Origin: Terriglobia bacterium
GTDB lineage: Bacteria > Acidobacteriota > Terriglobia > UBA7540
Length of the DNA: 62,080 nt
Direction: 5' to 3'
Assembly (NCBI GenBank): GCA_035516075.1
Contig: DATJAQ010000137.1
Coordinates: 1-62,080 of the forward strand
This document shows positions 48,309 through 57,996 of the stretch, piece by piece. Each line of letters begins with the position of its first letter. The first letter of the stretch is position 1. Under the pieces are notes generated by a model that saw nothing but the letters and a program-made list of their open reading frames with translations, searched no databases and had not been told where the DNA came from. The position numbers and the translations under genes are program-made.

Positions 48309-48752
48309 CTACACAAGCATTCCGCGCTGAGCCTCGTCTCCCCACGGATTCAGCACCGCAATCCCGCAGCCTTCAAAATCAATCGAGTTGCGCGTGGCCA
48401 CCGCCGCGCCGCGCGCGTACGCGATGGCGGCGATCTGGGTGTCAAACTGCGTCACCGGGCGGCCGGTGGCCCGCCTCGCCGAGGCAATCCGGGCAAACGC
48501 CCGCGCTGCCTCGCTGTCAAATGGCAAGATGCGGCCCTCGAACTCCTCTGCGAATATCGCCTCTACGGCCGACTCCAAGGCGGTGCGCTTCTTGCCTTTC
48601 GGAAGCAGCCCTACACCATACAGAATTTCAGCTTGGGTGATGGTGGTGGTGAATAATCGCGGGGATGGGTATTGCGCCAGCCATTGAATCACCTGAGGCG
48701 ACGGGGCTGCCTTCATGACCTCCGAGAGCACGTCGGTGTCGAGTATAATCAC
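48309..48752 (-). CDS. vapC: type II toxin, PIN-domain VapC/FitB family
   Basis: (M)IILDTDVLSEVMK..ITQAEILYG..FDTQIAAIAYARGAAVATRNSIDF matches the family. The GTG at 48752 overlaps the antitoxin stop (GTGA). Confidence 0.85.
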   Translation of the reverse strand: MIILDTDVLSEVMKAAPSPQVIQWLAQYPSPRLFTTTITQAEILYGVGLLPKGKKRTALESAVEAIFAEEFEGRILPFDSEAARAFARIASARRATGRPVTQFDTQIAAIAYARGAAVATRNSIDFEGCGIAVLNPWGDEAQRGMLV

Positions 48753-48997
48753 TTGCCGAATCGAGGAGGCTGGCGCATGGGTTCTCGCCGCACGTCGGGA
48801 AGGTCTACCCATCCCACAGTTTTAAGACGCCGCCGAATGGATTCGACAAGATTCGATGATCCCGAAGGTCGCGCCGAGAGCGCTGACCTTAGAATTTCGC
48901 GCGCCTCCTCCTCCATAGACCGGCCATGATCCGCGGCGCGCATCCGAAGTCTCTTTTTCGTGCCCTCGTCGAGTTGGCGGATGGTGATGGTCGCCAT
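48749..48997 (-). CDS. type II antitoxin (FitA/StbC-like ribbon-helix-helix)
   Basis: MATITIRQLDEGTKKRLRMRAADHGRSMEEEAREILRSAL is the typical Arc/RHH plasmid-stability antitoxin pattern. The start is moved to the ATG at 48997. Confidence 0.75.
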   Translation of the reverse strand: MATITIRQLDEGTKKRLRMRAADHGRSMEEEAREILRSALSARPSGSSNLVESIRRRLKTVGWVDLPDVRREPMRQPPRFGK

Positions 48998-49105
48998 GCA
49001 AGCAATGCTATCATCGCCGTCAATTTCCGCCAAGCCCTGCCCAGGCTCCGGCATTAGGCCGGCAAAGGCTCAGCGGCGGGTTGGCGCCGACTCGTGCGAT
49101 CTTTC

Positions 49106-51907
49106 TTAGCTCGCCCGCCGCTTCAGCATCGGCGCCAGCGCCTGGCCCGTGTAGGATTTCTTGATGCGCGCCACCTGCTCGGGCGTGCCCTGGGCCACCA
49201 CGCGGCCGCCCTCCTCGCCGCCTTCGGGGCCCAGATCGATGATCCAATCCGCTTGTTTCACCACGTCGAGATTATGCTCGATGATGATGATGGTGTTACC
49301 GAGGTCTGTCAACCTGTTCAAGACCTCCATGAGCTGCTTCACGTCGTCGAAGTGCAGCCCCGTGGTGGGCTCGTCCAGGATGTAGAGTGTGCGGCCGGTC
49401 TGGCGGCGGCTGAGCTCGCGCGCCAGCTTCATGCGTTGCGCCTCGCCCCCCGAAAGGGTGGTGGAGGCCTGCCCCACGTGCAGGTAGCCGAGCCCCACGT
49501 CCACGATGGTCTGCAGCTTCTGCTTGATGGCCGGAATATTCTCGAAGTAAGGCAGGGCATCGCGGGCCGTGAGGTCGAGCACGTCGGCGATGGAAAGCCC
49601 CTTGAACTTCACGGCCAGGGTCTCGGAGTTGTACCGCCGCCCGCCGCACACCTCGCAGGTGACGAAGACGTCGGGCAGGAAGTTCATTTCGATGCGGCGC
49701 AGGCCGTCGCCCTGGCAGGCCTCGCAGCGACCGCCTTTGACGTTGAAGCTGAATCGCCCCGCGCGGTAGCCCCGCTCGCGAGACTCCGGCAGCATGGCGA
49801 AGATTTCGCGGATCAGCGTGAACAATCCGGTGTAGGTGGCGGGATTCGAACGCGGCGTGCGCCCGATGGGTGACTGGTCAATCTCCACCACTTTGTCGAG
49901 ATGCTCGAGTCCGAGGAGCGCCCGGTGCGCGCCCGGCTCTTCGAGCGAGCGATAGAGCTTCCGCGCGATGGCGCGGTAGAGGATGTCATTTACCAGGGTG
50001 GATTTGCCGGAGCCCGAAACGCCAGTGACCACCGTCAGCAACCCCAGCGGGAACTTGACGTCGACGTTTTTGAGGTTGTTGGCGTGCGCGCCCATCACGG
50101 CGATCCTCTTGCTGTTCGGCGCGCGGCGCGCGGCCGGCACCGGCACCCGCAAACGCCCGGAGAGGTACTGGCCGGTGAGCGACCGCGGCTCGGCCGCGAT
50201 CACCGCGGGCGTGCCCCATGCCACCAAGGCTCCACCTTGCTTGCCCGCCCCGGGGCCAAGGTCGATCACCCAGTCGGCGCGGCGAATGGTCTCTTCGTCA
50301 TGCTCCACCACCAGCACCGTGTTGCCGAGGTCGCGCAGGCGCTCGATCGACTGGAGCAGCCGGAGGTTGTCGCGCGGGTGCAGGCCGATGGAGGGCTCGT
50401 CGAGAACGTAGAGCACGCCCCGCAGCTTGGAGCCGATCTGAGTGGCCAGGCGGATGCGCTGGCTCTCTCCGCTCGAGAGCGAGGCTGCCGAGCGGTCAAG
50501 GCTTAAATACCCCAGACCCACGGCCAGCAAAAAGTCGAGGCGCTCGGTGATCTCGCTCAGGATGCGGCGCGCCAGCAGTTCCTGGCGCGGGTTGAGCTCC
50601 ACCGCGCCAGCCACTTCACGCGCCCGGCTTACGGGCAGCGCCGTCAGGTCCGCGATGGAATGGTCCGCCACCTTCACCGCCAGGCTTTCGGGCCGCAACC
50701 TCCGCCCCTGGCAGGCATGGCACAGCGTGGGCGACATATACTGCCGGTACCAATCGTGAAACGCCTCGGAGGGGCTCGACGACACCCAGCGGTCGAGCAG
50801 GGGAATGATTCCGATGAAGCCCGCGCCCTTCGCGGGTTTGTCGGTGGGGCCGTAGAGAATCAGGTTCTGGACGCGGCGCGGGAAGCTCTCGAACGGCGTG
50901 TCGAGGTCGAAGTGGTACGCTTCCGCCGCCCGGGCCAGGCTGCGCTGCACGGAGGCTGACGTTCCGCCGGGCCCCAGGCCGCCCTTGAACAGGGGCCGTG
51001 ACCAGTCCGCGATCACCTTGGCGGGATCGAAATTGTAAAGGTTCCCGAGGCCCTTGCACACCGGGCAGGCGCCGTAGACGCTGTTGAACGAGAACGAGCG
51101 CGGCTCGAGCGTGGGCACGCTCACGCCGCAATGGATGCACGCCGATTGCTGCGAGTAGAGGTGCTCCTCGCCGTCCACCACCGCCACCTGCACCAGCCCT
51201 TTGGCCAGCTTCAGGGCCGTCTCCACCGAGCTGGCCAGACGCCCCTCGATGCCCGGCTTCACCAGCAGGCGGTCCACCGCCACTTCGATGGTGTGGTTCT
51301 TCCGCCGGTCGAGCACGATGTCCTCGTCGAGGGGACGCAGCAGGCCGTCCACCCGCACGCGCACGAAGCCCTGCGCCGAGAGTTGCTCGAACATCCTGCG
51401 GAACTCGCCCTTTCGCCCGCGGACCAACGGCGCCAGGATCATGATTCGCCGGCCCGCGTCCACCGCGTCTCCGGCGCCGAGCGCCATCACCGCGGAGACA
51501 ATCTGCTCCGTCGTCTGGCGGGAGATGGGCTGACCGCAGTTGTGGCAATGCGCGGCGCCGATGGAGGAATAGAGCAGGCGCAGGTAATCGTAAATCTCCG
51601 TGATGGTGCCCACCGTCGATCGCGGGCTGCGGCTGGTGGTCTTCTGCTCGATGGAGATGGCCGGACTCAGGCCCTCCACCGAGTCCACGTCGGGCCGTTC
51701 CATCTGGTCGAGGAATTGGCGGGCGTAGGCGGAGAGCGTCTGCACGTAGCGCCGCTGCCCTTCGGCGTAGATCACGTCGAAGGCCAGGCTGGATTTGCCC
51801 GAGCCGCTCAGGCCCGTCACCACCGTCAGGCTGCGGCGCGGAATTTCCACACTGATGTTCTTCAAGTTGTGCTGGCGCGCTCCTCGAACGGTAATGCGGT
51901 CGATCAT
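49106..51907 (-). CDS. uvrA: excinuclease ABC subunit A
   Basis: The N-terminus [44 protein letters not shown], two ABC modules and zinc-finger cysteines are present in ~933 aa. Confidence 0.97.
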   Translation of the reverse strand: MIDRITVRGARQHNLKNISVEIPRRSLTVVTGLSGSGKSSLAFDVIYAEGQRRYVQTLSAYARQFLDQMERPDVDSVEGLSPAISIEQKTTSRSPRSTVGTITEIYDYLRLLYSSIGAAHCHNCGQPISRQTTEQIVSAVMALGAGDAVDAGRRIMILAPLVRGRKGEFRRMFEQLSAQGFVRVRVDGLLRPLDEDIVLDRRKNHTIEVAVDRLLVKPGIEGRLASSVETALKLAKGLVQVAVVDGEEHLYSQQSACIHCGVSVPTLEPRSFSFNSVYGACPVCKGLGNLYNFDPAKVIADWSRPLFKGGLGPGGTSASVQRSLARAAEAYHFDLDTPFESFPRRVQNLILYGPTDKPAKGAGFIGIIPLLDRWVSSSPSEAFHDWYRQYMSPTLCHACQGRRLRPESLAVKVADHSIADLTALPVSRAREVAGAVELNPRQELLARRILSEITERLDFLLAVGLGYLSLDRSAASLSSGESQRIRLATQIGSKLRGVLYVLDEPSIGLHPRDNLRLLQSIERLRDLGNTVLVVEHDEETIRRADWVIDLGPGAGKQGGALVAWGTPAVIAAEPRSLTGQYLSGRLRVPVPAARRAPNSKRIAVMGAHANNLKNVDVKFPLGLLTVVTGVSGSGKSTLVNDILYRAIARKLYRSLEEPGAHRALLGLEHLDKVVEIDQSPIGRTPRSNPATYTGLFTLIREIFAMLPESRERGYRAGRFSFNVKGGRCEACQGDGLRRIEMNFLPDVFVTCEVCGGRRYNSETLAVKFKGLSIADVLDLTARDALPYFENIPAIKQKLQTIVDVGLGYLHVGQASTTLSGGEAQRMKLARELSRRQTGRTLYILDEPTTGLHFDDVKQLMEVLNRLTDLGNTIIIIEHNLDVVKQADWIIDLGPEGGEEGGRVVAQGTPEQVARIKKSYTGQALAPMLKRRAS

Positions 51908-52010
51908 GGTTAACCTGAACGCTACAGTGAGGCCAAAGGGCAAGAGTGCAAACTTTCATGCTAGGGCGGCCGCCGGCAAGCCGTCAAGCCGGCTGCGGGC
52001 GCGGTGGCCG

Positions 52011-52095
52011 GAAATTGCCGATTGCCGAATGCCGATTGAGCGAGTGTCCGTCGTCATCTGTCCGTGGTCCATGGCCCTTTGCCGGTTGGATTCTC
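52011..52095. repeat. 7-8-nt periodic degenerate tract (AATTGCC/GATTGCC/GAATGCC .. TCCGTCG/TCTGTCC/GTGGTCC)
   Basis: It is read directly from the sequence. The ATTGCCGA units are the reverse complement of the CATTCGGC units at 6669-6705. Confidence 0.7.
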
Positions 52096-52192
52096 CTGCC
52101 CTGAGACTTCCGCCAACCTGCTGATTCCAAAGGTGCGCTGAAATTGGGAGTCAAGTCTTACTCAATGCGGCTTCGCCGGTGGCTGCGCTGAC
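52093..52192 (+). repeat. A-family repeat copy A1
   Basis: The copy reads ctcctgccCTGAGACTTCCGCCAACCTGCTGATTCCAAAGGTGCGCTGAAATTGGGAGTCAAG..GGCTGCGCTGAC. Boundaries are +/-5 nt. Confidence 0.85.
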
Positions 52193-52212
52193 TTCTGCTC
52201 TCTTCTCTCTAC

Positions 52213-52331
52213 CTTCTGGCTTCTCGTTTGGAGCCGTTTACTGATTCTAAAGCACATAGTGGCTTCGTTCCGCGAATTCGACCTATTTTCCGCGTGGCCC
52301 CCGGTGGTTCCTTGCGGGCCTGCGGCTCCTG
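52213..52331 (+). repeat. B-family repeat copy B1 (119 nt)
   Basis: It differs from B2 by only one indel and about one substitution. The period is 155 nt. Confidence 0.92.
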
Positions 52332-52367
52332 ACTCCTGTTTCCTGACTTCTGCCTCCTTTTCCCTGT

Positions 52368-52487
52368 CTTCTGGCTTCTCGTTTGGAGCCGTTTACTGAT
52401 TCTAAAGCACATAGTGGCTTCGTTCCGCGAATTCGACCCTATTTTCCGCGTGGCCCCCGGTGGTTCCTTGCGGGCTTGCGGCTCCTG
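52368..52487 (+). repeat. B-family repeat copy B2 (120 nt)
   Basis: The copy reads cttctggcttctcgtttggagccgtttactgattctaaagcacatagtggcttcgttccgcgaattcgaccctattttccgcgtggcccccggtggttccttgcgggcttgcggctcctg. Confidence 0.92.
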
Positions 52488-52581
52488 CCCTGTGACTTCC
52501 GCCAACCTGCTGATTCCAAAGGTGCGGTGAAATTGGAAGTCACATCTTACTCAATCCGACCTCGCCGGAGGCTCCGCTGAC
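52482..52581 (+). repeat. A-family repeat copy A2
   Basis: It abuts B2 and contains the perfect 9-bp stem GTGACTTCC...GGAAGTCAC. Confidence 0.85.
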
Positions 52582-52916
52582 ATGAGGCCACTCACCACGG
52601 ACCAAGGACAACCAGCCACGAACAAAAGACCTCGGAATCCGCAGTTACCCTAGCACGGTTTTGGGCAGCCGTGGAGACGATTGGGAATCCTGCGACTGTT
52701 TATTTCACCATGTAGTTTCAAGTACTTGTCCTGTTGAAAAGTTGCGACAGGAGGGTTTCTCTCGGAGCGCGGTCCCGTGCCCACGGCGGCCGCGTATTCA
52801 AGCGCCGCTGCGACCGCGCTTAAGAGCGCGTGGCTTTCGGGAGTAGTGGCGCGTAGAATGGAACGGACGCACAGTTCCGTGATGCGAGCCCCTGGGCTCG
52901 CCGGGCCTCCTCAACC

Positions 52917-54638
52917 ATGCGCTGGGTTTTCCCGAAGAACGATCCCGGAGCCCTCGAGACCGCCGCACGCCTCACGCGCGAACTCCGGCTTCCCCCCCTC
53001 GTCGCCCGGCTGCTCGTGATTCGCGGCTTTTCGGAGCCCGAAGCTGCGGATCGCTTTCTTCACCCCCGCCTCGATCACCTGCACGACCCGTTTCTGATGG
53101 CGGACATGACGGCGGCGGTGGCGCGCGTGCGCCAGGCGATCGAGCGGCGCGAAAAAATCCTGATCTACGGCGATTACGACGTGGACGGCACCATGGCGGT
53201 GGTGGTGCTGCTCACGGCGCTGCGGGCGCTCGGAGCCTCGGTGGAAGTGCACATCCCCCACCGGCTCACGGACGGCTACGGCATGCGCGGAGCCGTGCTG
53301 GAGCGCGCGGCGGAAGCGGGCACGAAACTGGTGGTGAGCGTCGATACCGGCGTGCGTGAGTACGAGGCCCTGGGTCGCGCGCGGGAGCTGGGCCTGGATT
53401 GTATTGTCACGGACCACCACCTGGCCGGCGAGCGACTCCCGCCCGCCTGCGCCATTCTCAATCCGCATCGTACGGATTGCGGTTATCCCGACAAGAATCT
53501 CTCCGGCGTGGGAGTGGCCTTCAAGCTGGCCCAGGCGCTGCTCGGGCTCCACCCCGCCGGTCCGGCCGCGAACGGCTCCCGGCGCATGGTGGAATCCTAC
53601 CTGAAGGTGGTGGCGCTTGGCACCATCGCGGACGTGGTGCCCCTGGTGGGGGAAAACCGGGTGATCGCGCATTACGGCCTGGCGGGACTGCGGCAGCCTA
53701 CGGGGCCAGGCCTGCGCGCCCTCATCGCGGTCTGCGGCCTCGCCGCCGGAGAGGCGGTGACGGCGGGCCACGTGGGATTCCGCCTGGCGCCGCGCCTGAA
53801 CGCCGCCGGCCGCATGGAAAGCGCGCGCGACGTGATAGACCTGTTCAGCGCCGCCGAGGCGGGGCGGGCCCAGGAGATTGCCGAACGGCTCGACCGCCTG
53901 AATCGAGAGCGGCAAGCGGTGGAAGAGTCGATGGTGGGCGAAGTCGCCGCCAAGCTCGAAGCCAGGCCGGATCTCAAGGAGCGCTTCGCGCTGGTCGTGG
54001 CGGGCGAGGGCTGGCACAGGGGTGTAATCGGCATCGTGGCGCAACGCGTGGCGGAGCGCTACCACCGGCCGGCCTTGGTAATCGGTGTGGAGGAGGGCGA
54101 AGGCGTGGGCTCCGGCCGGTCGATTCCCGGCTTTCACCTGCTCAGCGCCCTGCAGTCCGTCGCCGACGTCTTCGAGCGATTCGGAGGACACGCCCAGGCG
54201 GCGGGGTTCACGCTGGCGGAAGAGCGCATTCCGGAACTCGAGGCGCGGTTTGAGAGTTACGCACGGGCCACGCTCAAGCTGGAAGATCTTGAGCCCGCCC
54301 TGAGGGTGGACACCGAAGTCACCTTGACCGAGATCGACGGCGCACTTTACGAGCAGTTGCAGCGCTTAAGCCCGCACGGCGTGGGCAATCCCACGCCGGT
54401 GTTTGCGGCGCGCGGGCTGCGGGTGTGCGCCTCGCCCCGCGTGCTGAAGGAACGGCATCTAAAGTTGAGGGTGGGGCAGGATTCGCGCGTCCTGGATGCG
54501 CTGGCGTGGGGATGGGGACCTCGAGCCGTGGAGTGGTCGGCGGGGCAGGCGGTTGAAGCCGCTTTCACGCTGGACGAAAACGAGTATCAAGGCGTCCGGA
54601 CACTGCAACTGGAGCTGAAGGATCTGCGGAGCCTGTAG
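52917..54638 (+). CDS. recJ: single-stranded-DNA-specific exonuclease RecJ
   Basis: The motifs ILIYGDYDVDGTMAVVVL, DTGV, VTDHH and GGHAQAAG are the DHH/DHHA1 motifs. Confidence 0.95.
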   Translation: MRWVFPKNDPGALETAARLTRELRLPPLVARLLVIRGFSEPEAADRFLHPRLDHLHDPFLMADMTAAVARVRQAIERREKILIYGDYDVDGTMAVVVLLTALRALGASVEVHIPHRLTDGYGMRGAVLERAAEAGTKLVVSVDTGVREYEALGRARELGLDCIVTDHHLAGERLPPACAILNPHRTDCGYPDKNLSGVGVAFKLAQALLGLHPAGPAANGSRRMVESYLKVVALGTIADVVPLVGENRVIAHYGLAGLRQPTGPGLRALIAVCGLAAGEAVTAGHVGFRLAPRLNAAGRMESARDVIDLFSAAEAGRAQEIAERLDRLNRERQAVEESMVGEVAAKLEARPDLKERFALVVAGEGWHRGVIGIVAQRVAERYHRPALVIGVEEGEGVGSGRSIPGFHLLSALQSVADVFERFGGHAQAAGFTLAEERIPELEARFESYARATLKLEDLEPALRVDTEVTLTEIDGALYEQLQRLSPHGVGNPTPVFAARGLRVCASPRVLKERHLKLRVGQDSRVLDALAWGWGPRAVEWSAGQAVEAAFTLDENEYQGVRTLQLELKDLRSL

Positions 54639-54687
54639 CATTCCACAGCGTGGCGGCACGCCACGGGCTTCACAATCGGGCTGACGC

Positions 54688-57261
54688 TTGACGGCAAACG
54701 AACCTCGCCATTCCGGACGCGCCATCGCGACATCCACCGCCGCGCGCGCGCGGACGTTTCTCGGCCACAGATACCGAAGCAAATTCCTGGGTTGGCTGCT
54801 CCTCGGCGTGCTGGCAGCCGGCACGACGGCCGTAGTGGCCATCTTCCGCCGCCGGCCGCGGCGCGCGGAGCCGCCTGCCGTGGTTCCGCAGGCTCTACCG
54901 GCCGGCGCCCGGCAGGGGCTGGCCGGCTTCAGCTTCACGCGCAATGAAGGAGGCCACCCCGTATTCACGGTTCGCGCCGAGCGCAGCGTGGATTTCAAGA
55001 ACGGGGAAGGCACCAAGCTCGACGGCGTGGAAGTGGAAATGTTCGGCCGCGCCGGAGACCAGCACAACCTTCTCCGCACCAAGAGCTGCCAGTACAACTC
55101 GACCAGCGGTAATTTGTCCTGCCTGGGTCAGGTGGAGATTGAACTCGACGCTCCTCCCGGCGGCGGGAATCTGCGTGGTTCCGAGCCTTCACCCTCCGGC
55201 GTTCACGGCCGGCAGCCGGTATACCTCGAGACCGCCGGGCTCTTCTACAACCAGCAGAAGTCGCTTGTGACGAGTGCGGCGCGGGTCCGATGGCGCTACG
55301 GGACGGCCTCAGGCATGGCGGTGGGGCTCGCGTATTCCACCGAGGACGGCGAATTGGAGCTCAAGCACGAGGTGACCGCGAGCCTGCCGGTCGAGCAGCC
55401 CGCCCGGCCCGGCGGGGCGCAGGCTCCGGCCGTTTTGCAGCTTGCAGCGGCTCGCCTTCGCTACTCAAGCGCAGAGCATCAGATCGACCTGAGCGGGCCG
55501 GTGCAGCTCAGGGAGGGCGCTCGGGAGCTTAACGCGGATCAGGCGAGCGTCCACCTTAACTCCAGGAGCCGGCTCACCGCCGCGTTACTCAAGGGCTCAG
55601 TGCGCGCCGAGGACCGCTCGCCGCGATCGTTGCTCAGCGCCCGGGCGGCGGCCCTTGAGGCCATATTTGACCCCTTGACGGGCGACCTCAGATCGCTTGA
55701 AGCCAGCGGGGGCGTTGAGGCGCGCTCCGGACAGGGACCCGGACGAGGCACGGCCCAACTTGCGGCGGACCGGGCGCGCGTGGACTTTGCCGGCGCGCAC
55801 TTCCATCCCACCGAAGGCGTGGCGTCGGGGAATGCCCGCGTGAACCTTCAAGCGGCAGCGCAGCCCGGGGGCGGTCAGGCATCGGCAACGGCAGACCAGC
55901 CATCCGCCCCCGGCCCCTCGCAGGGTTCACTGAGGGGTGAGGAGCTGGATGCCTCGGAATTGCAATTCGCTTTCCGTCCGGCGAGCGGCACCTTGGACCG
56001 CGCTCACACCGTGGGGCCCGGCAGGCTGGTTCTGATTCCCTCCGGCGCTCACGAAGGCCGCCGGGTGGTGACCGCAGGCCAGTTCCTGATGGCCTTCGAC
56101 GGCCTGGGCCGCCTGGAAAGCATGCGCGGCACCGCTCCGACGCGGATCGTGTTCGAGCCGCGCCCGGGCGCCCCTGCGGGCGGCGCGATTCCGGAATCGC
56201 GCGCCGACAATCTGCAAGCGCAGCTCGATCCGGCAAGCGCCGAGCTGGAGCGGCTCGAGCAGTCCGGTCACTTCGAACTGCTGGACGGCGATCGCCGGGC
56301 CGGTGCCGAGCGGGCCGCATACTCAGCCGACGGGCAGATCATGACGCTCACCGGAAAGCCCAGCGTGACGGACCCCGACGCCCGCATTCAAGCCGACCGG
56401 TTCCAGGTGCATCTGGCCACCCATACGGCAGACGGTTTCGGCCACGTCACCTCCACCCACTTTGGGCCTTGGCAGGAGGGGGCGCCTGGCTCGTCGATGC
56501 AACTCAGCTCTTCTTCGAGCCCGCCACCCGGAGCGCGGCCGGCGTCCGCCGCGATCGGCGGGACTCAGAAAGAGGACCCTTCGAAAGGGACCACGAACGT
56601 ACTCGCCGACCGCGTGTTCGCGGATCGCAGCCTGCAATACGTTCGTTACGAGGGGCACGTGCGGGCGTGGCAAGGGGCGGACGTGCTGGAATCGCCCTCG
56701 CTCGACATTTATCGAGCCGATCGCCGGATAGTGTCGGGCGCGGGGGTGGTAACGTCTGACCTTGCGCCTGCGCCGTCGAAGCCGCCGGGGGCGGGCCGGG
56801 CCCGGCCCGCGAAACGAGGAGCCGGCCCAGGTACCCCCGGCGGCGGAGCTACGGAGCCGGTGACCATCCGCGCGGACCGGCTTGAGTACTTCGATCTCGG
56901 GCGCAAGGCTGCCTACCGGGGGCACGTGCGCATGGACGCCTCGGGGGCGACGCTCGAGGCCGATCGTCTCGACGTCTATTTCACCGGGAGTGTGCCGCGC
57001 GCCAGTTCGCAACTCGATCGTGCGATAGCGGACGGCCACGTCACGGTGGTGGAGCCGGGCCGCCGGGCCGGCTCCGATCATGCCGAATATTTCGCGGCCG
57101 CCGGCAAAGTGGTGATGACCGGCGGTCCGCCCGCGCTTTACGACTCCGAGCAGGGATTCACAACGGGCCGAAGTTTGACATTCTTTACCCACGATGATAC
57201 GTTGCTCGTAGACGGAGGGTCTGGAACCCGAGTTCTCTCCAAACGCCATCTTCCGCGTTAG
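54688..57261 (+). CDS. large (857 aa) membrane-anchored protein with LptC-like N-terminal and LptA/OstA-like C-terminal modules
   Basis: It has one N-terminal TM helix (FLGWLLLGVLAAGTTAVVAIF). The C-terminal part, IRADRLEYFDLGRKAAYRGHVRMDASGATLEADRLDVYF..ADGHVTVVEPGRRAGSDHAEYF..VMTGGPPALYD, is OstA/LptA-like. The gene lies immediately upstream of lptB. Confidence 0.65.
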   Translation: MTANEPRHSGRAIATSTAARARTFLGHRYRSKFLGWLLLGVLAAGTTAVVAIFRRRPRRAEPPAVVPQALPAGARQGLAGFSFTRNEGGHPVFTVRAERSVDFKNGEGTKLDGVEVEMFGRAGDQHNLLRTKSCQYNSTSGNLSCLGQVEIELDAPPGGGNLRGSEPSPSGVHGRQPVYLETAGLFYNQQKSLVTSAARVRWRYGTASGMAVGLAYSTEDGELELKHEVTASLPVEQPARPGGAQAPAVLQLAAARLRYSSAEHQIDLSGPVQLREGARELNADQASVHLNSRSRLTAALLKGSVRAEDRSPRSLLSARAAALEAIFDPLTGDLRSLEASGGVEARSGQGPGRGTAQLAADRARVDFAGAHFHPTEGVASGNARVNLQAAAQPGGGQASATADQPSAPGPSQGSLRGEELDASELQFAFRPASGTLDRAHTVGPGRLVLIPSGAHEGRRVVTAGQFLMAFDGLGRLESMRGTAPTRIVFEPRPGAPAGGAIPESRADNLQAQLDPASAELERLEQSGHFELLDGDRRAGAERAAYSADGQIMTLTGKPSVTDPDARIQADRFQVHLATHTADGFGHVTSTHFGPWQEGAPGSSMQLSSSSSPPPGARPASAAIGGTQKEDPSKGTTNVLADRVFADRSLQYVRYEGHVRAWQGADVLESPSLDIYRADRRIVSGAGVVTSDLAPAPSKPPGAGRARPAKRGAGPGTPGGGATEPVTIRADRLEYFDLGRKAAYRGHVRMDASGATLEADRLDVYFTGSVPRASSQLDRAIADGHVTVVEPGRRAGSDHAEYFAAAGKVVMTGGPPALYDSEQGFTTGRSLTFFTHDDTLLVDGGSGTRVLSKRHLPR

Positions 57262-57267
57262 CCTGTC

Positions 57268-57996
57268 ATGTCCGTGCTCTCAACCGTCGAGCTCACCAAG
57301 TCCTACAAAGGACGTAAAGTTGTTGACGACATTAGCCTTAGAATCGACCAAGGCGAAGTGGTAGGCCTGCTCGGTCCGAACGGAGCCGGCAAAACGACCT
57401 CGTTCTACATCATTGTGGGTCTGGTCCGCCCCGATGCGGGCCAAGTAATGCTCGACGGCGCCGATATCACCGGCCTGCCCATGTACCAACGCGCCCGAGC
57501 CGGTATCAGCTACTTGCCGCAGGAGCCGTCAATTTTCCGCAAATTGACGGTCGAAGAGAACATCGTGGCGGTGCTCGAAACCCTGCCCCTCACCGCCCAC
57601 CAGCGTCGCGAGCGGCTGGAGGAGCTGCTCGAGGACCTCGGACTGCAGAAAGTGCGCCGGAGCCACGGGTATCTGCTTTCGGGCGGCGAACGCCGGCGGG
57701 TGGAGATCGCGCGCTCGCTGGTAATCTCGCCGTCTTTCATCCTACTCGACGAGCCCTTCTCCGGAATCGACCCCCTGACCGTGATTGACATCCAGAACAT
57801 CGTTCTACAGCTTAAGAACTCCGGCATCGGCATCCTGCTTACCGATCACAATGTGCGGGAGACTTTGCAAGTGACCGACCGGGCGTATATCATCAACAGC
57901 GGAAGGATTTTCCGGGCCGGAACCCCGCAGGCGCTGGGCAACGACGCGGAAGTGAAGCGGATCTATTTGGGTGATAATTTCCGGCTGGCCATCTGA
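57268..57996 (+). CDS. lptB: LPS export ABC transporter ATP-binding protein
   Basis: The motifs [25 protein letters not shown] and LLDEPF are present. The position upstream of rpoN fits. Confidence 0.95.
   Translation: MSVLSTVELTKSYKGRKVVDDISLRIDQGEVVGLLGPNGAGKTTSFYIIVGLVRPDAGQVMLDGADITGLPMYQRARAGISYLPQEPSIFRKLTVEENIVAVLETLPLTAHQRRERLEELLEDLGLQKVRRSHGYLLSGGERRRVEIARSLVISPSFILLDEPFSGIDPLTVIDIQNIVLQLKNSGIGILLTDHNVRETLQVTDRAYIINSGRIFRAGTPQALGNDAEVKRIYLGDNFRLAI

Noticed and set aside
48095-48316. 73-aa minus-strand ORF in the spacer next to vapC
   Set aside because: It is very Arg-rich with no SD. Only its last ~15 aa (LSPSAIDAEIRAARPRRK) resemble antitoxin C-termini. It is at best a gene remnant and not supportable as a CDS.
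52110-52135. Sigma-54 promoter (TGGCAC-N5-TTGC) within the A/B core motifs (TTGGAATCAGCAGGTTGGC, CTGGAATGTGCTTTAG)
   Set aside because: The GG and GC dinucleotide spacing is off by 3 nt in A, and the -12 element is absent in B.
52209-52505. 98-aa ORF across B1/B2 (and the analogous 22791-23216 ORF in island 1) as a repeated small protein
   Set aside because: The conserved core is read in different frames in different copies (CALES versus MCFRI). There is no SD or consistent start, and conservation is at the nucleotide level.
52911-54191. 426-aa minus-strand ORF opposite recJ
   Set aside because: It is an antisense artefact; RecJ DHH/DHHA1 motifs are on the plus strand.
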